The notes: generated by a model not told the origin, from the sequence alone. DNA of 63,434 nt, filler included, from Octopus bimaculoides (GCF_001194135.2; 7 parts of 7 records of this genome joined end to end with filler, not necessarily neighbours in it), one strand, 5' to 3'. Shown: positions 11,558 through 23,265, counted from the first letter of the whole stretch. A program made the numbers and translations.

Positions 11558-12012
11558 GGTATGGTGTGGATGTAACAAAATGTCGGCTGCCATCAAACAG
11601 TTGGCATTCTTCATTCAGATTTCGAGAAGCTCTGCGGAGGGTTCATGCAGTTCGAAGCAACACTCTCTCCCGTAGATGCCCTGTCTTTACATTTAGTCCC
11701 ATCATTTCAAACCTGTTTGTGAGCCCCGTACATACAGTTCCCAGGACTCCAACAGCAACAGGTTCAACGCCTTCTTTTTTTCAATAACCATAATCTTTTC
11801 ATCTTCCACTTCAAAGGATCCTATCTGACCTATTTTTCCTCTCTTTCCGATACTCTCTCACCCCCAGGTTATTCAATATGTTCTATTAAACAGGTTTTTC
11901 TCTCTTTATTCACAACCGCTATATCTGTCTTTCGATGTTCAATTTCACGATCACCCTATCACCATATCTTTACTTTCTCATTCTCGATTACTGATTCTGG
12001 GTTTTCTCCATA
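11558..12012 (-). mobile_element. Decayed 3' end of an R4/Dong-type non-LTR retrotransposon (restriction-like endonuclease domain)
   Basis: Minus-strand translation gives ENPESVIENEKVKIW**GDREIEHRKTDIAVVNKERKTCLIEHIE*PGGERVSEREEK...LKWKMKRLW, then VEPVAVGVLGTV and VLLRTA*TLRR. This matches the RPD-type PD-(D/E)xK endonuclease C-terminus of R2/R4-group elements, with stops and a frameshift. Confidence 0.85.
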
Positions 12013-12149
12013 CTACATCTTTGCTTTATTTCAATCTTTTTAAGTATGCAATTATTTATTGGAATGAATTGAAACATACGTAAGCTTTATTTGACTTCAC
12101 TTTAACTTTATTTTAGCAGCATGTTAATAAATTAATTTTACATTCTTGC

Positions 12150-12182
<33 letters not shown>

Positions 12183-12325
12183 TATTATTGTCATCATCGT
12201 TGTATTTGTGGTACAAATATAACATAAGGAAACAATGTAATTAGTTTGGATTCTAGTACTGACATAAATTTGCTAAAAATGCTACAAATGGTTTATCCTT
12301 TTATGTTGGAAATCTGTATAGTCAT

Positions 12326-12510
12326 CTTCGTCTGAAGAGAGCATTTTCTTTCAAATTGATGTAATGTTTTCATTGATCGATTAAATGGAGCCGCTTGAAA
12401 CGGTCGTAGAGCATTGATACTTGGACATCCTTGTTACTTATTTGCATTTTGTTCATCTAACTTCGAAGTGCGCGGACTATACCGAACTGGCTTGGTGCCT
12501 CAATTTAAGT
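12326..12510 (+). repeat. Dispersed repeat of about 190 bp (second copy at 55890-56080); this copy has a hammerhead-like frame
   Basis: Shares tttcaaattgatgtaatg...gattaaatggag...tggacatc...acttatttg...taagtacc with 55913-56078. Confidence 0.7.
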
Positions 12511-12584
12511 ACCTAATTCAACAGAATCTTAATTATATTATATATCAGAGACTAACGTGAACAGTCATGAATTTAAACTGGTGG

Positions 12585-12640
12585 TCCACACTGACGAAGC
12601 TCAAGGTTGAATAACCAAAAGCAGAAACCTGGTTTGTGGA
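12585..12640 (+). ncRNA. Near-intact type I hammerhead ribozyme
   Basis: tccaca-CTGACGA-agct(caa-ggtt-gaat-aacc-aaa)agca-GAAA-cctgg-TT/tgtgga. Stem I is a perfect 6 bp and the core is complete. Defects: A-A mismatch at the base of stem II and a GUU rather than GUC triplet. Confidence 0.65.
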
Positions 12641-13139
12641 TATCCGTAATTGCATAATATTTTTATTTGTGTTGTTNNNNNNNNNNNNNNNNNNNNNNNN
12701 NNNNNNNNNNNNNNNNNNNNNNNNNNNNNNNNNNNNNNNNNNNNNNNNNNNNNNNNNNNNNNNNNNNNNNNNNNNNNNNNNNNNNNNNNNNNNNNNNNNN
12801 NNNNNNNNNNNNNNNNNNNNNNNNNNNNNNNNNNNNNNNNNNNNNNNNNNNNNNNNNNNNNNNNNNNNNNNNNNNNNNNNNNNNNNNNNNNNNNNNNNNN
12901 NNNNNNNNNNNNNNNNNNNNNNNNNNNNNNNNNNNNNNNNNNNNNNNNNNNNNNNNNNNNNNNNNNNNNNNNNNNNNNNNNNNNNNNNNNNNNNNNNNNN
13001 NNNNNNNNNNNNNNNNNNNNNNNNNNNNNNNNNNNNNNNNNNNNNNNNNNNNNNNNNNNNNNTATATATATATATATATACACACATATATATATATATA
13101 CATATATATTTATATATATATATTCTTTTATACTTTTAT

Positions 13140-13680
13140 TCTTTTATGCATTTCAGTCCAAAAGGTGTGGCCATGCTGGGGCATCTTCAGAGTATTACCT
13201 TTTCAATGGCCATTCATATGCGATTGGCTTCTGGCGACAGAGTGAGTTCGACACTGCTGCCCTATTTTGAGTTTCCTGCCTTGACATTGGTTCATCTGGG
13301 ACCTTGGATAGCAAGAGGTCACGTTGTTTCTTGAAAACATCTACCCCCTGCTCCACGTGGATCCCTCAGATATTTTGGTTGAATATTAAATATGCTGTGG
13401 TCCCTTGAATCCGAAGCCGTCGCAGTACATGGTCCTCACTCTAAACGGGATACCTGAGACACTTGGGACAGTGCTGTATGTCCAGGTGGGGATTAGTATA
13501 GCTCATTATACCAAACTTTGGTGGCAACCCCTCTCGGATTTTCCCTACGTGTATAACTGCATATCTTTCCCGTCTTCGTTCCAGGGAGTAGAATTGTAGA
13601 TCTTTCAGTCTCAGCCAGTAGCTCAGGTGTTCAATTGATGCAGTCTTCCTGGTGGGTGTAGGATTACTGAACTGCTTCAA
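13140..13680 (-). mobile_element. 3' end of a CR1/L2-type LINE (decayed ORF2 C-terminus plus 3' UTR)
   Basis: Minus-strand SYWLRLKDLQFYSLERRRERYAVIHVGKIREGLPPKFGI matches the (Y)xERLxxLxLxSLERRR motif. 3' end gatgccccagcatggccac...gactgaaatgcataaaagaataaaag. Confidence 0.85.
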
Positions 13681-13775
13681 CTTCCGCTATTAAGTTCACG
13701 CTATGGAGTGTCGCACAGCGGGACTGAACCTGATAAGGTGTGGTTGGAAAGCGGAGCGCACAACCATATATTATG
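13680..13775 (-). mobile_element. Decayed family D SINE head
   Basis: gtgtcgcacagcgggactgaacc...tgtggttgg matches the reverse complement of the family D head. Confidence 0.55.
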
Positions 13776-13905
13776 TATATGAGTGTGTATATAGATATGC
13801 GTGTGTATATGAGCGTGTGTGTGCGTGCATTTGTGTGTATAGAGATTGATAGGTAAATAGATATGTCTATAAATATACATCTATATATTTTTAAGTATGT
13901 ATATG

Positions 13906-13947
<42 letters not shown>

Positions 13948-14364
13948 NNNNNNNNNNCAGAGGAAGAAAGAAAAAGTGACAGAGCTACAAAGTAGATCAC
14001 ATTTTCTGTTCTGTGACAAGGAAAAAGAGTTAATTCTCAATTATGTGCGTAACATTATAACTCGTACTGAGTGAAAGCTAGCCGCTGGCACAAAATGAAA
14101 TTTAACGACACACAGACACACGCATGCACACACGCACACACACACACACACACATACATTATTATTTATATGCATACGTAGAAATTTATACATTTGTATA
14201 TTTTATATATTTATATATTTATACATCTTATATATCTGTACGCATACGTATATATATATACATCAGATATGATATCCAAACGCTGAATCTTATTTGCACA
14301 CTCACTTATTCACAAATGCATGTGAGCAAGGCTATCCGGTGACACTACAAAAATACATACATAG

Positions 14365-14403
<39 letters not shown>

Positions 14404-16018
14404 TACACACACACACGCACACACAAACACACATACTATGTGTATGGATGTATATGGTTACTACATGTACTTGCACACAAATAAGTCGCTCGCAGTTCCT
14501 GCACCTCCTGAGGCTATCTGAAGAACGGGGAAGTAAGCTTAGACACAGCACTGCTTATTAAAATCACAAGTCCATCAAGTATATTTAATGAATATTTTAT
14601 GCAAATTCATGGTACACGCACGACTCACTATTTCCTTGTCTCTGCTTTANNNNNNNNNNNNNNNNNNNNNNNNNNNNNNNNNNNNNNNNNNNNNNNNNNN
14701 NNNNNNNNNNNNNNNNNNNNNNNNNNNNNNNNNNNNNNNNNNNNNNNNNNNNNNNNNNNNNNNNNNNNNNNNNNNNNNNNNNNNNNNNNNNNNNNNNNNN
14801 NNNNNNNNNNNNNNNNNNNNNNNNNNNNNNNNNNNNNNNNNNNNNNNNNNNNNNNNNNNNNNNNNNNNNNNNNNNNNNNNNNNNNNNNNNNNNNNNNNNN
14901 NNNNNNNNNNNNNNNNNNNNNNNNNNNNNNNNNNNNNNNNNNNNNNNNNNNNNNNNNNNNNNNNNNNNNNNNNNNNNNNNNNNNNNNNNNNNNNNNNNNN
15001 NNNNNNNNNNNNNNNNNNNNNNNNNNNNNNNNNNNNNNNNNNNNNNNNNNNNNNNNNNNNNNNNNNNNNNNNNNNNNNNNNNNNNNNNNNNNNNNNNNNN
15101 NNNNNNNNNNNNNNNNNNNNNNNNNNNNNNNNNNNNNNNNNNNNNNNNNNNNNNNNNNNNNNNNNNNNNNNNNNNNNNNNNNNNNNNNNNNNNNNNNNNN
15201 NNNNNNNNNNNNNNNNNNNNNNNNNNNNNNNNNNNNNNNNNNNNNNNNNNNNNNNNNNNNNNNNNNNNNNNNNNNNNNNNNNNNNNNNNNNNNNNNNNNN
15301 NNNNNNNNNNNNNNNNNNNNNNNNNNNNNNNNNNNNNNNNNNNNNNNNNNNNNNNNNNNNNNNNNNNNNNNNNNNNNNNNNNNNNNNNNNNNNNNNNNNN
15401 NNNNNNNNNNNNNNNNNNNNNNNNNNNNNNNNNNNNNNNNNNNNNNNNNNNNNNNNNNNNNNNNNNNNNNNNNNNNNNNNNNNNNNNNNNNNTATATATA
15501 TATATATATATACACGGACACATACACATACAGATATATATCTACGCATATAAACACGCACATACATAAAAACCTAGACATGCGTATAGATATGTATCCC
15601 ATTCAGGCATACTTCAATGCATACACTCATGTGTGAATGTGTTTGCAATATGTGTGAGTATGTGAGTCTGTATGTGCGTGTGTATGTATGTGTGTGTGAG
15701 AGAGAAATAAAGAAACGGACAGAAAGTTAGAAGATGTGTGAGAGAGGCAATGTAAGAAGTATTTCGGTTTGTGTGGTTGTATGCATACCCGCGTGAGTAT
15801 AGAAAATGTATGTATGTGTGTATATATATGTATGTGTTATATATTTACACAGTCATCATATTAGTGCAGGCGAAATCCTTGATTAAAAGTACAAGGAATC
15901 GGTATATATGTGATTGTGTGTATGTGTGTGTGTGCGTGTGTAGGTATATGAATGAGTGTGCGAGCTTTTATATGTGATTGTGTGTATGCGCGCCTCTATA
16001 TTGTCAGAGTTAATGCGT

Positions 16019-16067
<49 letters not shown>

Positions 16068-16996
16068 GATATATATAACAACTGATGCACTTAGATTCGC
16101 ATTACTTAGTCCGTGGAAAGAAAAAAGTCCGTATCGTCAGGTGTTTAGAATCAGAGTGGACAGTAATTATTATAAGAAATTTAAAGCAACTTCAAGGTCT
16201 CAGCCATTTTACGAGTGATTCAGTTATGTCAGCGACATTGATTCTTCATTACCTGCTCCAAATCGTGCAGCAGNNNNNNNNNNNNNNNNNNNNNNNNNNN
16301 NNNNNNNNNNNNNNNNNNNNNNNNNNNNNNNNNNNNNNNNNNNNNNNNNNNNNNNNNNNNNNNNNNNNNNNNNNNNNNNNNNNNNNNNNNNNNNNNNNNN
16401 NNNNNNNNNNNNNNNNNNNNNNNNNNNNNNNNNNNNNNNNNNNNNNNNNNNNNNNNNNNNNNNNNNNNNNNNNNNNNNNNNNNNNNNNNNNNNNNNNNNN
16501 NNNNNNNNNNNNNNNNNNNNNNNNNNNNNNNNNNNNNNNNNNNNNNNNNNNNNNNNNNNNNNNNNNNNNNNNNNNNNNNNNNNNNNNNNNNNNNNNNNNN
16601 NNNNNNNNNNNNNNNNNNNNNNNNNNNNNNNNNNNNNNNNNNNNNNNNNNNNNNNNNNNNNNNNNNNNNNNNNNNNNNNNNNNNNNNNNNNNNNNNNNNN
16701 NNNNNNNNNNNNNNNNNNNNNNNNNNNNNNNNNNNNNNNNNNNNNNNNNNNNNNNNNNNNNNNNNNNNNNNNNNNNNNNNNNNNNNNNNNNNNNNNNNNN
16801 NNNNNNNNNNNNNNNNNNNNNNNNNNNNNNNNNNNNNNNNNNNNNNNNNNNNNNNNNNNNNNNNNNNNNNNNNNNNNNNNNNNNNNNNNNNNNNNNNNNN
16901 NNNNNNNNNNNNNNNNNNNNNNNNNNNNNNNNNNNNNNNNNNNNNNNNNNNNNNNNNTATATATATATATATATATATACACACACATATGTATCG

Positions 16997-17318
16997 ACAT
17001 CAATATACAGAACGAGATACTGCAGCACCTTAGGTTTCAAGGGCCTACAGCTATTCAGTACCTTCCTAAAAATCTTAAGGGACCTACATTGGGTAGGTGT
17101 GGGTGTATTCAAAGCAAAACTGGATCTCCTCCTGTCAAGAGTGCCGGATGAACCTACCTCGCAACCGGAAATGCAAATGAGGCTTGCGACATCAAGCTCT
17201 CTCATTCACCAAATGCCACGCATCAGAAAAGGTTTCAAGTAGTGAAAGTGAAGCAGAGATAACAGCGGTGCCCCGGTATGGCCCCCAACTCTCGAGCTGA
17301 AAGTAGTAAAAGATAAGA

Positions 17319-17322
<4 letters not shown>
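16997..17322 (+). mobile_element. 3' end of a CR1/L2-type LINE
   Basis: RTRYCSTLGFKGLQLFSTFLKILRDLHWVGVGVFKAKLDLLLSRVPDEP matches the GxxLFNxLP...FKxxLDxxLxxVPDEP C-terminus. Homologous to 13140-13450. Confidence 0.85.
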
Positions 17323-17363
<41 letters not shown>

Positions 17364-18555
17364 NNNNNNNNNNNNNNNNNNNNNNNNNNNNNNNNNNNNN
17401 NNNNNNNNNNNNNNNNNNNNNNNNNNNNNNNNNNNNNNNNNNNNNNNNNNNNNNNNNNNNNNNNNNNNNNNNNNNNNNNNNNNNNNNNNNNNNNNNNNNN
17501 NNNNNNNNNNNNNNNNNNNNNNNNNNNNNNNNNNNNNNNNNNNNNNNNNNNNNNNNNNNNNNNNNNNNNNNNNNNNNNNNNNNNNNNNNNNNNNNNNNNN
17601 NNNNNNNNNNNNNNNNNNNNNNNNNNNNNNNNNNNNNNNNNNNNNNNNNNNNNNNNNNNNNNNNNNNNNNNNNNNNNNNNNNNNNNNNNNNNNNNNNNNN
17701 NNNNNNNNNNNNNNNNNNNNNNNNNNNNNNNNNNNNNNNNNNNNNNNNNNNNNNNNNNNNNNNNNNNNNNNNNNNNNNNNNNNNNNNNNNNNNNNNNNNN
17801 NNNNNNNNNNNNNNNNNNNNNNNNNNNNNNNNNNNNNNNNNNNNNNNNNNNNNNNNNNNNNNNNNNNNNNNNNNNNNNNNNNNNNNNNNNNNNNNNNNNN
17901 NNNNNNNNNNNNNNNNNNNNNNNNNNNNNNNNNNNNNNNNNNNNNNNNNNNNNNNNNNNNNNNNNTATATATATATGTATATATATGAAATATAAATATA
18001 TATACACTGCATCATTTAAGCTTCAGTACAATTTCCATTTACCTAGTGTCAACCCTAGGTTATTTCAAATGACATTTTTCGTAAGATAGACTCGAACCTG
18101 GGTTCGCGTGATTGCGATGCAAATGTCTTAGAAAAATGGGTCATGCCTGCAAGTATACTGATATGGATGAATGGATGGAATTATGGAAGAATGGCTGGCT
18201 GCCTAGCTGGCTGGTTCGGCTGGCTGGCAGCCTGGTTCGACATGTTATGTGTATATATATATATAAGCACGTCGAAATGAATTATAAGCTAATATGATAT
18301 ATATTTACATTTATACTGATGGAAACACACTTTTCAAAAGTTTCAATACACATGTATGCACACACATACACACACATATACACACAGACACTCACACACA
18401 TAATAAAGAGAGGGGGGAAGAGATAGATGAAGATATGAAGGTATGAGTATGTATGATTATGCAAGCGCACATGAATATGGATGTGTACATTATGTATAAT
18501 TTCTGTGTGAGTGTGTTGTGTATTGTGTGTGCGTGTGTGTGTGTGCAGGTGTGTG

Positions 18556-18589
<34 letters not shown>

Positions 18590-18820
18590 TATTCAAAACC
18601 ATGATTGGTTTTGTTTTTTTGTTTTTATTTTTTGTTATACGTGGTTGCGAATGCGCGAATTTTCTTTCCTTATCTCATATTACCATCTTTCCCATGAATC
18701 ATTACACCCCTATTCCTGCTTCTCTTCTCTTTTCCTCCTTTCCCCCTCTCTCTCTCTCTCTCTCTCTCAATCTGTCCAACATCTCTCTCCTATACACACA
18801 CGAACACACCCATGCATACA

Positions 18821-18852
<32 letters not shown>

Positions 18853-20029
18853 CATACATACATAACATATATATATATATGTATGTATGTATGGTTGTCG
18901 ATATTTTTCTATTCCATTGTTCTTGTTCGCTATTGTTCTTATTTTCCATTGCAACCATTAATCTATTGTTAGTTTAATATTTACCTCTCACCGCCACTCA
19001 CNNNNNNNNNNNNNNNNNNNNNNNNNNNNNNNNNNNNNNNNNNNNNNNNNNNNNNNNNNNNNNNNNNNNNNNNNNNNNNNNNNNNNNNNNNNNNNNNNNN
19101 NNNNNNNNNNNNNNNNNNNNNNNNNNNNNNNNNNNNNNNNNNNNNNNNNNNNNNNNNNNNNNNNNNNNNNNNNNNNNNNNNNNNNNNNNNNNNNNNNNNN
19201 NNNNNNNNNNNNNNNNNNNNNNNNNNNNNNNNNNNNNNNNNNNNNNNNNNNNNNNNNNNNNNNNNNNNNNNNNNNNNNNNNNNNNNNNNNNNNNNNNNNC
19301 TTCTCTGGCCCTCTTTTAAACAATCCCTTTTATCTTTGCCGCTCTCTTTCTACTTCACGTACTGTGACGTAATATTCAAAACATTTTTATGCTTAGTTTC
19401 ACATCGGAATCTAAAATGGTTGTTCCATCAATTCATGAGAGGTGATTTTAGTCAATAAATTTATTAATAACAACGATTTCTTCATTAGAGTTTATTACAT
19501 CAACTGTAAACCTCTCCAATTTTTGAAGGAGAAGATTCCTATCGATGTAATCGATAAATGATGCTTTTATTTCCATAGAATTCATATATATCAATACAAT
19601 ACAAACCCCGGTTGAATTTGAACTTGAAACTAAATGTTGCTTTAGTATCTTTAATGCTGTTCTCTATTGTCTGAGCTACTTCAGCCAGAACCTCAATCGC
19701 TTTGTTTTTTGCTTTGTTTTCGGTTTTGTTTGGTTTTGTTATTTTCTTCTTTTTTTTATTTTTTTGTTTAGCAAAATATTGGAATTAATCTGAGTGCAAT
19801 GCAGTCTGGCGTTATAAAAATATTCTGTTCTGCTTTCATTTAATTGGATGCTTTTTTTATAGGTGTAAAAGAGGAGGAAAGGTAGCAGCATCCATGGTGG
19901 ATGAAATTTATCCTCAGGTGCCCATCCTGACTTGAATGGTTGTAAGAGAGTGAACTCCGTTCAAGACCTCCAAAGACGAATGGATGATATTTAAGAACAG
20001 ATTAACACTATTTCTCTCACACTTTCATT

Positions 20030-20042
20030 CTTTTCTCTCACA

Positions 20043-20127
<85 letters not shown>
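20030..20127. repeat. (CT)n microsatellite
   Basis: Read directly from the sequence. Confidence 0.95.
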
Positions 20128-20132
<5 letters not shown>

Positions 20133-20361
20133 TCCCTTAACGTGCAATGCCTATTTAATTTCTTTGAATTTGCCATGACGGCATTACAAAGAGTAACGTG
20201 TGGGCTGGACAAGTACAATGATGAGACGGAATGAAATTTACAAGGATGATACATATGAGATATACATACCATCGAAATCACAGGTTCAATCAAATATACA
20301 ATTTTTACACAATATACAGAATATAATCAAATAATCAAATATAATAAAACAACAGTATTTT

Positions 20362-21012
20362 TAATCCTCCTCGTCCGAACCCCCAATTAAATACCCTGCC
20401 GACTGCAAGCAAGCCTGCATCGTTAGGTGGGGGTCCGTGACGAGGAAGGTATACTCTTCTTTGGAGAAGTTTTTGTGACTTTCGACATTTCACAATGTCT
20501 CACTACCTCCGCAGCCACCTGCGGAGGCCACCTTGGACTGCTTGTGAATGCCGAGAACATGCGTTCTCGGTCGCCCAGGCAATACCTACATCACAAACGT
20601 CAGCCATCATGGACCTCCACTCCAAGTCTGAAGGTTCAAGAGTTTTCGTTACGGCTTATTCTGCTAGTCTCCTGCTTTCCCAAGCTTACCTTTGTAGCAC
20701 AAGGACTATTTCATCCCTATGAGTGGGTGGAGAGATAAGGTGTGCTATCAGGGTATGCCTTCACATCGGTGCTAGGAATCAGCCCTTCTCTTCGTCTTGT
20801 ATACCTTAACTACAGGACCATCTTCTGATATTTGACCATACAACGATCCTGGCCTGAGCAGATCTTTGGATACAAACTTTATTTTAGGGCACTAAGCTTA
20901 TTTAAACCTTACGCGAATGAGTACTTGTTTACGTGACATCAGAGCATGTCCTCAAACCTATGGAGCAGCATAACATACATCTTCGTGTCTGTATCCCTTA
21001 CTGACACAAGCC
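20362..21012 (-). mobile_element. Heavily decayed RTE-clade LINE 3' fragment
   Basis: Broken minus-strand frames give ...MLLHRF / *GHALM / PKDLLRPGSLYGQISEDG...CEGIP, resembling the LRWxGHVxRM...IPKxLLYG RTE motif. Many frameshifts. Confidence 0.55.
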
Positions 21013-21017
21013 AAGAA

Positions 21018-21385
21018 GCTGAACGGACATAAAGCCGAACGGACACAATGCCGAGCGGACACAATGCCGAACGGACACAATGCTGAATGGACATAAACCC
21101 GAACGGACACAATGCTGAATGGACATAAAGCCGAACGAACACAATGCCGGACGGGCAGTAAATCCGAACGGATGTAATGCCGAACGGACATAAAGCCGAA
21201 CGAACACAATGTCGAACGGACACAATAATAATAATAACAAACAAAAAAACATTCCTACCTACATAGTTTAATGACCAATTCAGGGTATCAAATTGTCATA
21301 TTGTAGGAATAAAAGGATTACCATATATTTTAATTTTCGAATGTCTTTTCGGCTTCTTGTCCGTTCGGCTTTATGTCCGTTCGGA
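21018..21385. mobile_element. MITE/foldback-like element: 13 tandem 16-bp units (GCCGAACGGACAYAAW) plus about 3 inverted units
   Basis: Forward units at 21018-21226, an AT-rich spacer, and reverse-complement units (tttatgtccgttcgg) at 21340-21385. Confidence 0.65.
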
Positions 21386-21775
21386 ATTGTAGAGTTGTAA
21401 AGTAGAGTTGTGTTTCTCACAAGTGAAGTACGGCGATGACAATAAAATTTTCTGCCTTAAGGGTGTTCCATCATTTATGTTAGGCATTTTATTTGACCAT
21501 GGTCGGGCAGAATTCGTTATAAATATATTTGAGACTTGATCTCAACTTCTTTATATATTGTATATGAAACGTTGGACTTATGGATATGCGTGTGTGTGTG
21601 TGTGTGTGAATCGAGTCTCTAACATATAAAGTGAATCTCCTGAGCATCACTGTTTCGAATCCAAGGACTCATAATGTCGGTTACCTTGTTCCCATGACGT
21701 ATAAGTGACCGAGGTCACAATAATCGTCCTAGGCAAGACGCCAGTCTACCACGGAGGGGGGGGGGGGGGGGTCTT

Positions 21776-21921
21776 TTACAGCTGAGTGGACTGGAGCAAT
21801 GTGAAACGAAGTGTTTTGCTCAAGAAGACAAATGCACCGCCCGTTCGGGAATAAAAAAAAACCATAGTCTTCAGATCGTGAAAACCATGGCTTTCAGATC
21901 GACTAAGCCACGCGACTTCAC
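21776..21921 (-). mobile_element. Family C (CORE-like) SINE, partial
   Basis: cagctgagtggactggagcaatgtgaaacgaagtgttttgctcaag, plus head reverse complement gtgaagtcgcgtggcttagtcg. Confidence 0.7.
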
Positions 21922-21944
21922 CTAACGTGTAAGATCCGTCATAA

Positions 21945-22267
21945 TTGGCACTCCGTCGGTTACGACGACGAGTATTCCAGTGGATCAAAGGATCAGCCTG
22001 CTCGGGAAATTAACGTGTAACTGGTTGAGTACTCCACACACACGCATACCTTTGACGTAGTTCTCAGAGAGATTCAGCGTAATACGGAATGTGACAAGGT
22101 TGGCTCCTTTGAAATTCAGGTACAACTTATTTTTACCAACTTAGTGGACTGGAGTAACGTAAAATAAAGTGTCTTTTATCAAGGACATAACGCACTACTG
22201 GCCATCGAACACACGACCTAACGATCGGTAGCCGAGTACTCTAACTCCCGTGTCACGCGCCTTCGAC
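21945..22267 (-). mobile_element. Full-length family C SINE with 14-bp TSD; 3' tail shared with family A
   Basis: TSD AAGATCCGTCATAA at 21931-21944 and 22268-22281. tRNA-like head, CORE-like gtccttgataaaagacacttt domain, then the family A tail. Confidence 0.9.
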
Positions 22268-23098
22268 AAGATCCGTCATAAATCAGACGTTTAATCTCAA
22301 GCTAGTAATAATATTTACATAGAAAACTTTTTTGAAATGAAGTGTTTTCTGGTGACCATTGCATGTGAAGTTCAGCAAACAGTAAAAGAATGTTGATTTG
22401 ATCGCAGTCAACATTGTTTATACAATCCTTTCTCACTTTAAAGGCTTTTCTTAATTAATCATTCAACTCGCTGAAGGACGTTAGCAAGTTCAGCAATTGT
22501 ACAAAACTTATGTTTAAATCAAATCTATCTTCTCTCTTGGCTTTGTGACATTTTGACAAATTATCTCTTTTCTCCCAATTTCTTTCCCTTTTGCTCTGAT
22601 TTCTTGTAGGTTTTTTTTTTTGTTTTTTTTCCTTCAGGTTTTTATGTCATTTATTCTCTTTTTTTTTTCTATCATTTTATTCTCATTATCTTCTTTTCTC
22701 TCCTTTACTTTACCATTCCATTTCTATGACACCGAGTGTCTATTGTCAGTTCGTTACTCTGTCTCATATCGCTCAAGTTTTAGGTGGGTTTGAGAGATGG
22801 CAGGAACGGTTGAGCGCCAAGCAATGACAACAACAACAACAACAGCAACAGCTACAACAACAAACCCCCAAATCTGGTATTGAGTTTCATAAAAATTGCA
22901 TGGTAAGATCAAATCTCACGTGTTTAACGTTTGTGTCTGGTTTGATAAAATAAGAAGAAAATATGTAAAATACTAAGGCTAATCAAATTGACTTTACCTC
23001 AAACTTTTGAACAAAAAAAAACAGCAAACACCCCAAAACCAAAAAAAAAAACAGAAAATCTCTAGCATGGGACTCATCAAAAAGAAATCAATATTTAT

Positions 23099-23160
23099 TG
23101 AAGAAGAAGAAGAAGAAGAAGAAGAAGAAGAAGAAGAAGAAGAAGAAGAAGAAGAAGAAG

Positions 23161-23203
<43 letters not shown>

Positions 23204-23207
23204 GCAA
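23099..23207. repeat. Compound (GAA)n(CAA)n microsatellite
   Basis: Read directly; source of the poly-E/poly-Q ORF. Confidence 0.95.
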
Positions 23208-23265
23208 TGTATGTCATCAGATTTAATGCATTAGAGTATTTTGTTGTATGGTCCCTATTTTTTTA

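Noticed and set aside
14497-14533. Possible micro-exon before a GTAAGC donor
   Set aside because: Weak acceptor and too short to support.
16086-16218. Protein-like frame ALRFALLSPWKEKSPYRQVFRIRVDSNYYKKFKATSRSQPFYE*
   Set aside because: No convincing splice acceptor and no recognised family.
21018-21226. CRISPR-like appearance of the 16-bp array
   Set aside because: Units are head-to-tail with no unique spacers, there are no cas genes, and the context is eukaryotic.
23007-23234. Poly-E/poly-Q ORF
   Set aside because: A translated (GAA)n(CAA)n microsatellite.
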